Assembly: GCA_964187785.1 (NCBI GenBank)
Contig: OZ076409.1
Location: 89,530,001-89,594,000, forward strand
DNA: 64,000 nucleotides
Direction: 5' to 3'
From: Amphiscolops sp. MND2022
Taxonomy: Eukaryota
In this document: in pieces, positions 1 to 12,061 of the stretch
How the letters are laid out: each line of letters begins with the position of its first letter
How positions within the stretch are numbered: the stretch's first letter is position 1
Made by a program: the position numbers and the translations under genes
The notes under the pieces: generated by a model
What the model was told of the DNA's origin: nothing
Seen by the model: only the letters and a program-made list of their open reading frames with translations
The model's database searches: none

Positions 1-600
1 GGATAGAAATTCCATGCAGCTTGATAAACTTGAGTACAAGAGGAAAATACAACATTGAACTATCTGGGATCACTGTTAGATGAAAATCTTAGATATCAAT
101 TTGAAGTTGAAGTATTTCTAGGAAAACTGCTTGCGCCATAAAAACTCTTCATTCCATTTCATATCTTGTTCCTGAGACGAATATAGTTTTTAAAACCCTC
201 TCGTAGGAAGTCAACTTCAAGATGAATCAGTTTTACTCAATGGAATAACTCTAATAACGAAGACCACCCTCGAAAAACATCTGAACTGGTGAGTAAAAGT
301 AGTTCCACTTAAATAAATTTGAATCTTCAAGTGATCTGGAATAGTACATAATTTTGTCAGTACAATCTCTGTGAGACTTGAAATGGTACTGCTACTTTTG
401 GAAGTAGAAAAAAGTCATCGTTGCAGGAAACTAGGCTTTTTATCGATTGGAGTTACCGGAAAAGAAAGAAAAGAAAAACTCACTTCAGCCTCAGAGTCAA
501 AGCAACATCTTAGACTTAGAGCAATCGTTATTCAAAAAAACATGTGCCTTGTGGAACACCTCAACTAGTGATATGAGAAAACAAGTTGTTTACGAAAAAC
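1..600 (+). pseudogene. Decayed 3' fragment of an APE-type (CR1/L2-like) LINE ORF2
   Basis: Frameshifted YLGITL-DENLRYQ at ~60-100 and EKHLNW at ~272-290 parallel LGIILDQNLKFQ and EKQLSW in the LINE at ~35840-36060; many stops. Confidence 0.5.
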
Positions 601-774
601 TGTAGGATCTGACAAAATTTGAAATATTGGCGTAACTTCATATTCAACTATTCATATGCTTGATAATTGAATAACGAATCAACGTGTTTTGCTGTTTTTT
701 GAAAATTTGTCAATTTTTGCATTAATTCATACGTACACTAGTTTCAATTTTCATTTTGAGATTGGAATATAGTG

Positions 775-1340
775 TTTTTAGTCGGCGCATTCTGGTAGAA
801 AATGAGCCCGACTATTACAGTGGGTAGTTTTTTTAAACGCGTAAAGTCCACTTTTTTGTTCATTTGTTCAACAACCTCAAACCTCAACAACTTCAAACCT
901 CAACAACTTCAAACCTCAACAACTCCAACCTCAGAAGCGCGTCCAAAACGAAAAGAAAAACAAAACAGACGTCCACAACCTCGAAAACACACTAAGGATC
1001 CCCCCATTGCCCCACTTTTTTTCGGCACTATGAGACTTTTTGAAACTTTTTGTATTACACCAAAGGGTCCCCCTCCATTTCTTTCGATATTTTGCAACAC
1101 AATGGATGTCAAAAAACCGCAAAGGGTCCCCCCTCTTTACATTTTACGGCACTGGGACACTGTTCAAAAATCTCATTTAAAATTTTTTTTTGGGAAATTT
1201 TTTCATGTCCCCAAAGGGTCCCCCCTTCAATTTTTTTTCATTTTTTGCTACCAGCTGGAGTTTCACAAAGCCCGAAGGGTCCCCCCTTTTCAATTTTGAG
1301 CCTTAGATATGGCGCCGACTTTGGACGTTCTCGGCTTGTT
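775..1340 (+). mobile_element. Non-autonomous DINE-1/HINE-like interspersed element, copy 1
   Basis: Starts TTTTTAGTCGGCGC and ends GCGCCGACT...CTTGTT (asymmetric subterminal inverted repeats). Has an internal CCCGACT partial IR, an ACCTCA-type microsatellite at ~868-932 and AAAGGGTCCCC internal repeats. Homologous to 3792, 32292 and 46334. Confidence 0.75.
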
Positions 1341-3791
1341 CCTACATGCTACGAAAAGTTGAATGACTAGTTGAAAGGAACAATATTGGGACCAGAAGCG
1401 CCACTCTCTTTGAATTTACAAAAAAAACGTTTGTCGACTGATTTGGTTCAGTTTTCTAACTACTTCTTACATTCAAGAAATGGCTTTATATCGCTTTGGA
1501 ATCTCCTGCTACAAAAAATTGTCTTCTCAAACTGGAAAAGTGTTAGCTTCGTTTGGAGTTGTTGTTTCATTTTCATTCTACCTTCAGTGAAGAAATGTCC
1601 TACTTATGGCTGTTCTACGTCTAAGAAATGTTCTAAGCAAATTATACCGGATTGTTATTGTCCACACCCACAATCTATCGTGTAGGGGAGGAAAATTTTA
1701 ATCTTTTGCGTTTTTTTTCAAATTCTGCCATATCTCCATAATCTCCATATTCGTTGTTCTCTGTTAGTTGCTATTTGAGGTACGAAGTTGGTAGTGCATG
1801 CGCCTATCAATCAGTAGATAGTGGGGTCGAATCTCGCCTCCGCCAGATTGTTTTTGTAAGGCGGAAAATTAGCGGGCGTCTTGTTTTTCTGAAACATTCT
1901 GACTGCAATGTTTTTCACTTTCTTCATTTTCTTCAAGGACTATTTCATTACGTACAATTTGTTTTAAAAAATTGTAATTCATAGGTTTATTAACGCAATT
2001 TTGCATAATAATTAATTATAATCTCATTGGCAAATTAAGGTCTCACGCCTTCAGGTTTTGTTCGAGAGCTATTTTCATAAGATCTTTCTCAGATCTGTTT
2101 TCTGAGTTTCTGACCCACTCAAACGTTTCTGATTTCAAAACAAATTTGACAGAAAAATTCTCCCGAACATTTTGAATTTGCCAATATATTTTCTGCTTGA
2201 ATTTATAGTAAATAGTAAATTGCATAAGTGTGAGCTTGTTTTAAGGGGTGGAATTCCAAAACCGTATCTAACTACATGTATTTTCGAAAAAACTTTATTT
2301 TGCAGCTTATTTTTGCCATAATTTAGAGCGGTTCCGAAATTAGCATATGTCAGACATTTCGGTATGTTCAGGCGGATCAATTGAACATAAAATTTCCCCA
2401 AATGTTGAACAAAAGTAAACAAGAAGATAGAAAACTTCTATTTTGAATAAAATTTTAGCTAAAATGGCCTATTGTAACTTCTACAATTCCATCGTGTAAT
2501 TTTCAAACGAAACATATGTGTAAATTAGATAAAAATATAAGAAAGTTTTACTTCTCCCGTTTTTGAGGTATTCGATTTTGAAATTACCCTTATGTTGCTT
2601 CTCCCAAAATCACTTCTGTAGACGAGGAAGTAACTCAATAAAGACGTACTGATAGTTTTTGAAGTAGTAATGTATAGGAAATAAACACTTTAAAAATGCC
2701 AAATTGATATCAAATAGACAAAAAAGTAATTTGGTAAAGAATCAGCAAAAGTGTAGAGCAAGACAAGACTGAATTGATGCACAATTTAACGAAGTCCAAC
2801 TTGAGTTTGTGGTTGACTTTGTTTCTGAACGTGATCGATGGTTACTTGATGTTCTAAGCAGTGCTTGTGAAAACGTGATATTTTTCAACTTTAGCCTCAA
2901 TTGTAAATTATTTAATTGGTGATGTTGGTTGATCGATCACTGAAGGGCCAATAAGGATTGAAAAAATTATAGCAATCCGAAAACATATTCGGATGTTCAT
3001 TTCATGCTGCGCATGCGGTTCTGGTTCCAAAACATTATCCCCCCCTAAGGACGCAACACCCAAGCACGTTACGTTGAACGTGGACATTACGCCCAAAGCA
3101 GACATTACGTCCAATAATTTGAAAATTCCTTTTGGTTACAATTTTATTTGCTGTGAAATAGTTAACGACACTGCTTTAGGTTTCAGACGACACTTTCTGT
3201 TGAAAAACATTCGATTACTACACTGTTCAATTTTGAGTCAGCGCTTTTTCTTAAAAAAGAGCAGACGTTACAGTTACTAGTTCCTTTCGTTGAGCTTCAC
3301 ACAGAAACATCTACTTATGAAATCAAAATGTTCAGTTTTTCATACCTGGGGTAGTTTCAAGTAGCACACACAAAATACTTTCTATTGATCCCAGTTTTCT
3401 TGAATATTAAAGAAGGTACGTCTTGAGATTTTTTCGACATTTTGGTCCAAAACAGTTCCCCATCAACATTTTGATATCGTGCAACCTTGTTGTAGTGAAG
3501 AATACCCAGGGTCTTCTTTTAGTTTGTTCAGCACTTTGAGCCTGCCTGTTTTGAGGATTCTCAAAAACACGTCTTTGGCGAGCTTAAATGGCTCATGACG
3601 CATGTTGAGCTTTAAAGGGGTTCCCACCTTGTTTTTTGATTGGCGCAACTTGCAATAAACGAGTCAATTTATACTGTGACTAATTTTCTCAGGTAGCAGA
3701 CTAGTCATGTGGCAGAATGTATCTGAATGATCCAATTTTCGTAAATTTTGCCAAAGTTTTAAAGGTTACCAACACAGACCAAATTGATTCG

Positions 3792-4284
3792 TTTTTAGTC
3801 GGCGCGTTTTCCTTTTAAGGAGAAATGCCCGACTATAGCAGTGACCTTTTTTTCTTCAGACTACAATCCTCACACTGATCGGTCCACTTTTTAGAAACAT
3901 TCCTGAAACCACCTAAGGAAAAGTCCGGCCAAGGCAAACTTAGTCCAAAGGGTTCTCCTTTCCTTTTTTACTTTTTCAAGGAAGCCTACAAAACGGACGT
4001 GCCTAAAGGGTCCCCTTTGGATTTTTTTAGGCACTGTGCGACATTTTTTCGAAAAATTTTTTAATGTCCCCAAAGGGTCCCCCCCTTCGAGTTTTTTTGA
4101 TATTTTTCAACAGAATGTAAGTTAATGAATCCAGAAGGGTCCCTCTTTTACATTTTTCGGCACTATGCGACATTTTTCGAACGAAAAAAAAACTTTCAAA
4201 TATTTCAAGTTTTTTTCCAAAAAAAATCTTTTGCACTTTTTGAGCCTTAGATATAGCGCCAAATTTAGACGTTCTCGTCTTGTT
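3792..4284 (+). mobile_element. DINE-1/HINE-like element, copy 2
   Basis: Same TTTTTAGTCGGCGC start and GAGCCTTAGATATAGCGCC...TCTCGTCTTGTT end, with the same internal AAAGGGTCCC repeats. Confidence 0.75.
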
Positions 4285-4537
4285 CCTAAACACTTCTAGT
4301 CAAGAAAAAGCCAATTTTTTGATCGAAGGGTTTTCTCTCAAGCTTGTAGGCAATGTGAGACATCCGCATCTTTATCATTGAAATTCAAAACGTTTGACAT
4401 AATCTGAAATCTTTGCATTTTTCAAACTTGCAGAGGGGGCCGACTATGGATATTACCGTCTTTTTTTCGTACAGACCTCACTTTGAGTGGTCCTCATAAC
4501 AACGACAACTCATCCACTAAAATGGCAAGGCATGTAC

Positions 4538-4748
4538 TGCTGTATTCTAGACTTGTAAGATAAAACAGTTTTCTAAAGTAGTATCTTTCTATATCAAATG
4601 TATGATATCGTAACAAAACATATAGTGATATATTAAAGTTTCATATCAATTGTCTATTGTTTGTAAATGTAGCAGGTAATTGTCGATGACCGAAACTCGG
4701 TAGAGGTTAAATGTCTAGTCTGGTATTTGACAGTTGAACCGTATAACA
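4538..4748 (-). repeat. 3' LTR of the Gypsy element (211 bp)
   Basis: Direct repeat of 9772-9972 with roughly 11 substitutions and one 10-bp indel; adjacent to the PPT. Confidence 0.92.
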
Positions 4749-7700
4749 TTTCCTCTTCTCTCTCGAGCTTCTTCAAAATTGCGATGAGGGTCCGGGTGGT
4801 GTCATGTCGCCTGGGAGGACATCCTGTGGTTTCTGTACCAGTTCCGACAGCGGTTGTGGGGTGCCTTTTGTGCGGCTCCAAATTGGTCCTGTAACATCAA
4901 TGTTTTAGTCATATGTAAAAGTTTCCTTTATATGGTACACTACTGTATCTACTCGGTTTATTTATATTTCGGTCTGACCGACTTATATTAGATTCTGAAT
5001 TCTCACCCTGGCGTATCTCTCCGTCAGTATGCAGTTGTAGGGAATCTTTCTCGGGATCAGTCCGGGTTGATTGGTATCTGCCGTCTCTCTCAGACGGATC
5101 ATACACTCTTCCGGTCTCCTCCGGTATATCCTCTTCTTCCTCGTTATGATCATCATCATTTTCCGAATCTGTTTCGGTGCGCTTTTTGTTTTGGACAATT
5201 CGGAGCTTCCAGTTCATAATGTGGCGCAGTATCTCGTCCCACTTTCCGTATTTGCCGTCTAATCCTCTCAGGCAATGACGGTTCTTTGGAGTTATCTCTG
5301 CTGATACTGCAGGTACCGCCTCTCTTCGGTGTCTTTTCTCAATCTGAAACAGAGGCCCGGAAATTAGTTTTTGGTGTATAATTTTCCAGTATCGGTTTTT
5401 ACGGTATTTTCAATCCCACTTTTTGAGGTTTGTATTTTTGATTTAAACCTTCCTTCTAGGGATTTTCGGTTGTGTCTTTTTTTCAACAAAATTGAAAGGA
5501 TATCTAACCGGTATTTTCCTCGTCGGTGATTAGGTTTCCGAAGCCAGTTGCCGTTCTTCGGTCTTCGTAAGGGCCATTACCATATGATTGGTGATTTCCC
5601 CGTCAGCGTTTCTTCCGATGTATATTGGAACTTTTGGCTTGTTAGGTTCGAAAATGGAGAATTCTGACCAATCTGCCAGGAACGATTTTCCGTCTTTGAT
5701 TATATTTGTTAATTCCGTTCTCGGTTTTCTACCGTGATGTAAATATGTAATTCAAATGGCGTTTTTTCCAGTCCGTCTGTATTGTGAATCGCATTACTTT
5801 TAGTGCTCGATTTACACTTTCGGTTAAATTATTTGCGTCTTCCATAGTCGCCAGTAGTAAGTTTTTCATAGTTTGTATTGCTCTTTCTACTGTACCGTTT
5901 CCGGTATGCATTCGTGGAGGACAGTATTGATCTCCTATATTCCGAGACTTACGAAATTCTTTATACTCGGACGATATGAATGCCGCCCCTTGTCGGATTT
6001 TAATCGCTCGGGGATTCCGTATAGATTTGAACGCTTAGTCAGGAAATTTATAACTTCTTTTGTTTCTGCTGTTTTACAAATTTTCGCTGTCGGCCACTTG
6101 CTAAACCAATCTATTGCTATTAAAATTTGAGGTTCTCCGTTCAACTTTCTGTTGTGTGATTTTCCGGTAAAATCTATTTGTAGTTCATGCCACGGTTCGA
6201 TAAGTTTTTCTAGCTTACCGTGTTGATTTATGGAATTTGGTATTTAGGTTCTTACCTGTGGAGAGAAATGCGGTGCAGTCTTCAACTTTCTGCTCTATGT
6301 CTTTCCGCATCTCCAACCACCAGACGTTTTCTGCGTGTCGGACAGCATTTTTGTTGTGCCGGAGTGACCGAAATGTAATATCTCGATCAGTCTTCTTCTC
6401 AAATCGATTGGTACGGCAATTTGGTTGTCTACGAAGACCAGACCTCACCGGATTGATAGCTTGTCAGAAACAGGTCTGTATCCTTCCGGTGACGGGTCTT
6501 TTTCATCTCTCCGCATACTTGCTTGGACTCTTGTCATCTCCGGATCGATCGCCGTTTTCGGAATAAGAGTCTTTAGGTCCAAAATAAAGTTAAATTCGTA
6601 TTTCTTTATGTTGTCTTCAGTTAACTTCTTGTTCTCTGTTACTTTGCCCACTATATGGTTGATTTGTATGAAGTGGGCCTCTTTTTCATCAGTGTGGTAT
6701 TTGCTCAAGTCAACGATTGATATATTATCGCCCCGCATAATTACACTGTCTTCTTCGGTGTCCACCGTATTTTGACGGTTGGTAGCCCCCACCTACCCGG
6801 TTTGCTCGGTGTGTAAGTTCTGCGTTGATTTCTGCCTTTTCTTCCCGGCTTCTTCCGTTTGGCCTTGACAGTGCGAATATGGACCTTCGTGATTTTGGAT
6901 CGTATCTTCTCCGCATGGTTCCCGGTCTAGCAAGCGGCAAGCGTTTCTCTCCTTTCTACCAGTCTTCTGGTCTCCGGGCTTTTATTTCCTCTCCGAATAA
7001 TTTCCATTAGTTCACGGAAGGCTCCCCAGTGATATATATTTTCTCGATTCATTTCCTTTTCAGTAATAGCGATAGTTGGATTTGAACTGCTTTTCATGGT
7101 GCTAATATCGGATGTGGTAATCTCTTTTGCGATACTCTTGTTCACGTGATTTTTACTCTGGAATGTTCCATTTGTCTGTAATTGACTCTTCTTTTGCTCA
7201 TTCTCATTTTGGTTTTGCTTTCGTTCCTCTTCAGTCTCTTCTGTTCTTGAATTTGATTGTCGAACAGTGAACCATATTTTGCGTTCAATGCGGCGTGTTC
7301 GTTAAGGACGTAAATTACGTCTTCTTCGTCGTATTTATCTTCTATCGCGGCTCCTCCTACCGGATTTCTGCTGAGAACATTAATAACTTTTAAATAACTG
7401 CCGACGATATGTTGATCTGAATGTCAAGATGTGCCAATCTATAAACCACCGGGTGAACCTTGCGCTATATTGTTGATTGCTTCGGTTGCGTTTTATTAAT
7501 GGTTCTATTGCTTGGTGGTCTGTGTACAAGTGTACTTGTTTTCTGTAAAAGAAATCGGTATTTTTCTAGTCTCAAACTACTGCAAGCAATTCCAATTCAC
7601 CGACAGAGTAATTCTTTTCGATATCATTCAGATATCTGCTACCAAATGCAATCGGTTTTATGTCTCCGTTGTCTTGTTTTTGCCAAAGGGTAATTCCGAG

Positions 7701-9755
7701 TCCGGGTTTACTTGTGTCCGTTGTTACCAAGTTTTCTTTATCTTTCGCGTAATGTCCCAAGCATGATTTTTAGATTAGCATCTCTTTTTTGCGTAAAGTT
7801 GTCTTCTTGATCTTTTTCACAATTCCGTGGTTCATTTTGTTTCAACAGTTTTCTGAGTCGGTCGGTCTTTTCCGAAAGCTTCGGTAGGAACTTTGCCAGA
7901 TATTGTATTGCACCGAGGAATGATTTCAATTCCTTCGTGTTGTTCGGCGGCTTCAATTTATATATTGCTTCCTTTTTTTCTTCATTCGGTTTTTTTCTGT
8001 TCTCGTCATTTTTGTGTCCCAGCCACCTTGTTTGTTTCACAAAAAAATCCGATTTTTATACTTGCTCGGAAGCTGGCTTTTTCTAACTTGTTTAACATGT
8101 CGAACATTTGTTTCTGATGTTCCTGTCTGTCTCCGTGTGTTACCACTATTATGACATCTAGTTACGCCGGTGTACAGTATTCTAATGTTTGGTCTATTTT
8201 TTCTTGAATAATTGTGGGTACCGGTAACACAAAACAGTCCTCATCCACGTTATTTACGTCTTTGAGGTGTCCAGTTTTTATCAGTTTCTCCAATTCTTTT
8301 CCTACATTTTCGTGTAGGTGTAGCGGGTTGGGTCAGGTTTTTTGTTTTACCGGGTAGTGTCCCGGTTTTAGCTGTATATTGATTTCGGTGTCTTTCATTG
8401 TTCGGTTCTCCTTAAACAAGTCCGGAAATTTGTTGATTATTCTCTCTTTTTCTGATTGGTTAATCTCGGCCAATTGAATTCTTCCGATTGTTAGTTTGAA
8501 TCTTTTCATACAGTCCATTCCCAGTAATGGTGTTATGTCTGTTCTTTCGTAATCAAAACTTCCATTTTCTGTTTGTTATTTTCGTATTCTATGTTCACCG
8601 GTATCTTCCCCGGAGTTTCACTTCGTTTTTGTTGACGTCCTGGTATCGGTTCGTTCTTTTCTGAATTTCAATTCGGTGCACTATCCGTTCATCGAAAGGC
8701 ATTATTGTTACCGGTGATCAATTATGAATTCTTTTTGTATTCCGTTTATTTTTATTTTCGCTGTATAGTGCTTTTGTTTTCCTTCAAAATCCTTTATTTC
8801 TTCTATATGGTGTATACTCTTCTCCGATCCTCTAAGGAATTCATTTGGTTCATTCACTACTTCTTCGGGAAGATAATTCAGGAAGAAAAAATGTTCGATT
8901 ATTGCTTTGGCTTTGTCGGCATGCCCTGGCGTAGTGTCCCTTTTTCCCGCAGTTGTGGCAATTTGACTCCAATGCGGGACATTAGTGTAATGGGTTCGGG
9001 TTGTTGCAAAATCTGCACGGTCGGGTTCCAGTGAATTTCGTTTTTGGTCTGGTACCGAATTTTTCCATTCTTTGTATTGGTTCTTCTTTGATCAGTTGTT
9101 TTTCTTTTGTTGTAATCAATGCTTCAGGTATTGTATTCTTTTGTTTTTTTTCTCATAATTTTTCTGCTTTATGAATTCAATCGCTTTCTTCATTTCGGGG
9201 GTCTTCTTTTTCATCATCTTGTCCGGTGATTTTTTTCGGTGATTGCTGTCATATATTTCGAAATCAATAGTTCTTCGGTTGATATAGCGTTAAAATTGCA
9301 TTCTTTTCCGATTCGAATAATTTCTCCAGATTTCTTTCGGTGTCTCGTTTTCCGATTGTTTGGCCCAAAAGAAATCTTTTCGGTTGTGGTATGTGTTACG
9401 CTTCGGTAGGTAGTGTTCGGTATATAACCGGATTAGGTCTTTTATTTTCATAATATCCGGTTCCGTTTTATATTCGATTCGTGTTATTTGGTAGACGGCT
9501 TCCGGTGCAACTACCCAGATAAAATCTTTTGGACTGCCGTTTCTTTTCCGGTCCATTCGGTGTCCGTAATATCTTCTTCCTTCAATAGTGGTGTGATGTC
9601 GCTTTTGTGTTCCCGTTTCGTAAACTGCCGGAACCTTTCTAACCACTGTCTCGGTGGGAATATTGGGTTTCCGTCTGATGCTTTTGCTTTTAGGTTCGGT
9701 TCAATGTTTTTCTCTGTCATAGTTGGTATTTAATAAATTTCGGTTTGTTTAAAAA

Positions 9756-9771
9756 CTTGCTGATTGCGCTA
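9756..9771 (-). promoter_or_regulatory. Degenerate primer-binding site (tRNA-Ser-like)
   Basis: Minus strand directly after the 5' LTR reads TAGCGCAATCAGCAAG, matching TGGCGCAGTCGGCAGG (complement of a typical invertebrate tRNA-Ser 3' end) with four G>A changes. Confidence 0.55.
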
Positions 9772-9972
9772 TGTTGTATTCTAGTCTTGTAAAATAAAAC
9801 AGTTTTCTAAAATAGTATCAAATGTATGATATCGTAACAAAACATAAAGTGATATAATAAAGTTTTATATCAATTGTCTATTGTTTGTAAATATGGCAGG
9901 TAATTGTCTATGACCGAAACTCGGTAGAGGTTAAATGTCTAGTCCGGTATTTGACAGTTGAACCGTATAACA
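9772..9972 (-). repeat. 5' LTR of the Gypsy element (201 bp); a third copy lies at 12210-12410 inside the tandem duplication
   Basis: TGTTGTATT...TATAACA, followed by the TSD TGTAC. Confidence 0.92.
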
Positions 9973-9977
9973 TGTAC

Positions 9978-10280
9978 AACATCGCAACAGCTCTTATACG
10001 GGTTTTTCAACAATGAAAACACCGTTTTCAGGGAGTCAATTTGTGTCTAGATCAAAATTGTCATGTAGAACTATGCTACATCTGAAGTCATTGAGTTCTT
10101 CAGAGAAAAAATAGTAATTGACAAAAAGGACTCGCTTGCTTTAGTGATAACATTTGATACACTTGATTACAAAACGTTATTACAAAAACTCAATTCATAG
10201 GGTCCCTTTCTTTTTTCGATAAATATCAATGACCAATCTCATTGCAAAAATGGTCAAACAACGTTTTTGCGGACGATACC
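9978..10280 (+). pseudogene. Old LINE RT fragment that hosts the solo LTR
   Basis: GPFLFSININD (10201-10233) and FADDT (~10266-10280) RT motifs; the frame resumes as RIYSLSINST after the LTR. Confidence 0.65.
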
Positions 10281-12061
10281 TGTCGCGTGCTGCCTCCTGC
10301 GATTTTTATCTTTCTTATTGGACGTTGGGTCTACCGGACTACAGCAATATACTGTTTGCCAATATGAACCAAAGGAGACTATAAGTCCGACCGGCTGCAT
10401 CACAATTGATTACCCGGAGGAAGCCTACTTAGTTTGAACCACGTGGACACTCAGTCCACGTGACTACAACAAAACTTTACCTAATCCACATGAAATTCAT
10501 GATTATAATATGTAATTCTGTGCTTGTAGTACCAGAAAGTTGCTGTTGATTTGTAATATGATAGATTAGCTGTTTGTAAAATTCATACGTAGCGTAAACA
10601 ATTAGGGCGCAATTAGAAGTAAGTAAGGAAACTTGTTCAAATGAATTATACATCTAGCTCAAAGTACTTGCTGTACTGAAACCTTCAACCAATCAGAATG
10701 CAGTACTTATTTTACTGTAGCTGTGCGGACTGGTGGTCCGCTGTGGTGTAAATAGTACTTGACTTCCACTAGTGCTGTATTAATATACATTCACTGTAGA
10801 CACGCGGACCGTGGGTCCGCTTTGGTATTATTTACTCTCGCCATTATGTTGATGTACACTGTGCTGTAGACATGTGGACCGAAGGTCCGCTGTGGAGTTA
10901 TTAGTTACAATAAGTATTTACAAATAAAGTGAAGTGATCACTTGTAATTTAAGCCCAATGTAGTGTTGTTTGTTAATATATTACCCATCAATTTGCCTGA
11001 ATGTCATGTAATATTTGAATAATCATGCATTTCACATATACATTTTTATAATTATATATACATATATACATATATTCGTGTTACTATTAAACCCAGACCT
11101 TGAGGCTAAGCCGCCTTTTCCTTTAAAGTTACTTTGATGCTATTTTTATCTGTAACAATCAAGTGACGTAATGTTGATGTCATCCCTTAGAACTATTTCT
11201 AGAATTCATTGCGTATTTATAATAACATGACACCCTAAATTCAGAGGGTCATGTAGTGTCAAGTATTTATACTCGGGACTTCCAGTCCAGGGGACAATTG
11301 ATTTTGATGCGAAATACGATACACTTACATTGTTGATCTGCGATTAAATTTTACTTTCATACTGTTGATTGGAATCACTTTGCAATTAATTAACTGTTGA
11401 AAATAGCAAGTTTCCTCTTGCCATCCACTAGAAAGCAAAAGGCCAAAGAAAGGCGTTCTAGGCAGTTGGACATCATGTCTGATATGGAAAATGTTGATAT
11501 AATGTTAGGAAATTACACCAGGGATGATGAAGAGAATAACATTAGTGAAAATGAGATAAATTTGGACTCAGGGTCTAACAGGCCTCAGCAAAGTTCAAAT
11601 GTGATTGGAAAAGATTTTAGATCCCTACTCAATACAAATAGTTGAGAAAACAGTGAAGCCACAATTGAGACAACTAGATTGATCAATGAAGAAATTTCAA
11701 ACCAAATGTTTAGGAGGCTTAATGAAATCAAAACCAGCCTAAATTCACAGATACAAAAATGCAATCACAGCTGCAATAGCTGATACAGTGCTTCCTTCTA
11801 TACAAAATACACTGGAAATGCAGGGGAGAGCTAATTTTACCATGGCGGACCGAGGGTCCAACGGGCTACATCCTAGCCCAAGGGCAGGTAATTCCACCAT
11901 GGAAGACCGAAGGTCCAGTGGGCTACAACGGAACTCCGAAGAAAAAAATACGCAGAAAACAAGGGAAAATCGTCCCAAAACTTGTTTTACGTATGAAAAT
12001 AGCAGACAAATGTCTAGACAGGGTTCAGAAGTCTCTCATTCAAGCGAACAAAATCACGACA
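10281..12061 (+). mobile_element. Solo LTR, 1,781 bp, containing a decayed ORF that runs to its 3' end
   Basis: Termini TGTCG...CGACA; 5-bp TSD ATACC (10276-10280, 12062-12066); broken ORF (L/M)PSTRKQKAKERRSRQLDIMSD... from 11418. Confidence 0.85.

Larger units (their letters stand above)
4538..9972 (-). mobile_element. Ty3/Gypsy LTR retrotransposon with both LTRs, decayed (gag-PR-RT-RNaseH-IN order)
   Basis: TG..CA LTRs at 4538-4748 and 9772-9972; 5-bp TSD TGTAC (4533-4537, 9973-9977); PPT AGAGAAGAGGAAA next to the 3' LTR; gag CCHC knuckle CHNCGKKGHYARAC (~8918-8960); RT thumb LKSFLGAIQYLAKFLP; RNase H DTSKPGLG..PIAFGSR..YSVGELELLAVV; integrase IAIDWFSKWP..SDKG..GNGTVERAI. Many stops and frameshifts. 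Confidence 0.95.

Noticed and set aside
802..1370. ORFs of 165 and 106 aa (and similar ones at 4027, 32738, 46575)
   Set aside because: Translations of the non-coding HINE-like repeat.
2820..3770. Possible decayed coding region
   Set aside because: No recognisable domain in the frames examined; cannot be supported.
10712..10905. CRISPR array
   Set aside because: Only three degenerate repeats, inside a eukaryotic LTR, with no cas genes or leader. Kept only as a palindrome array.
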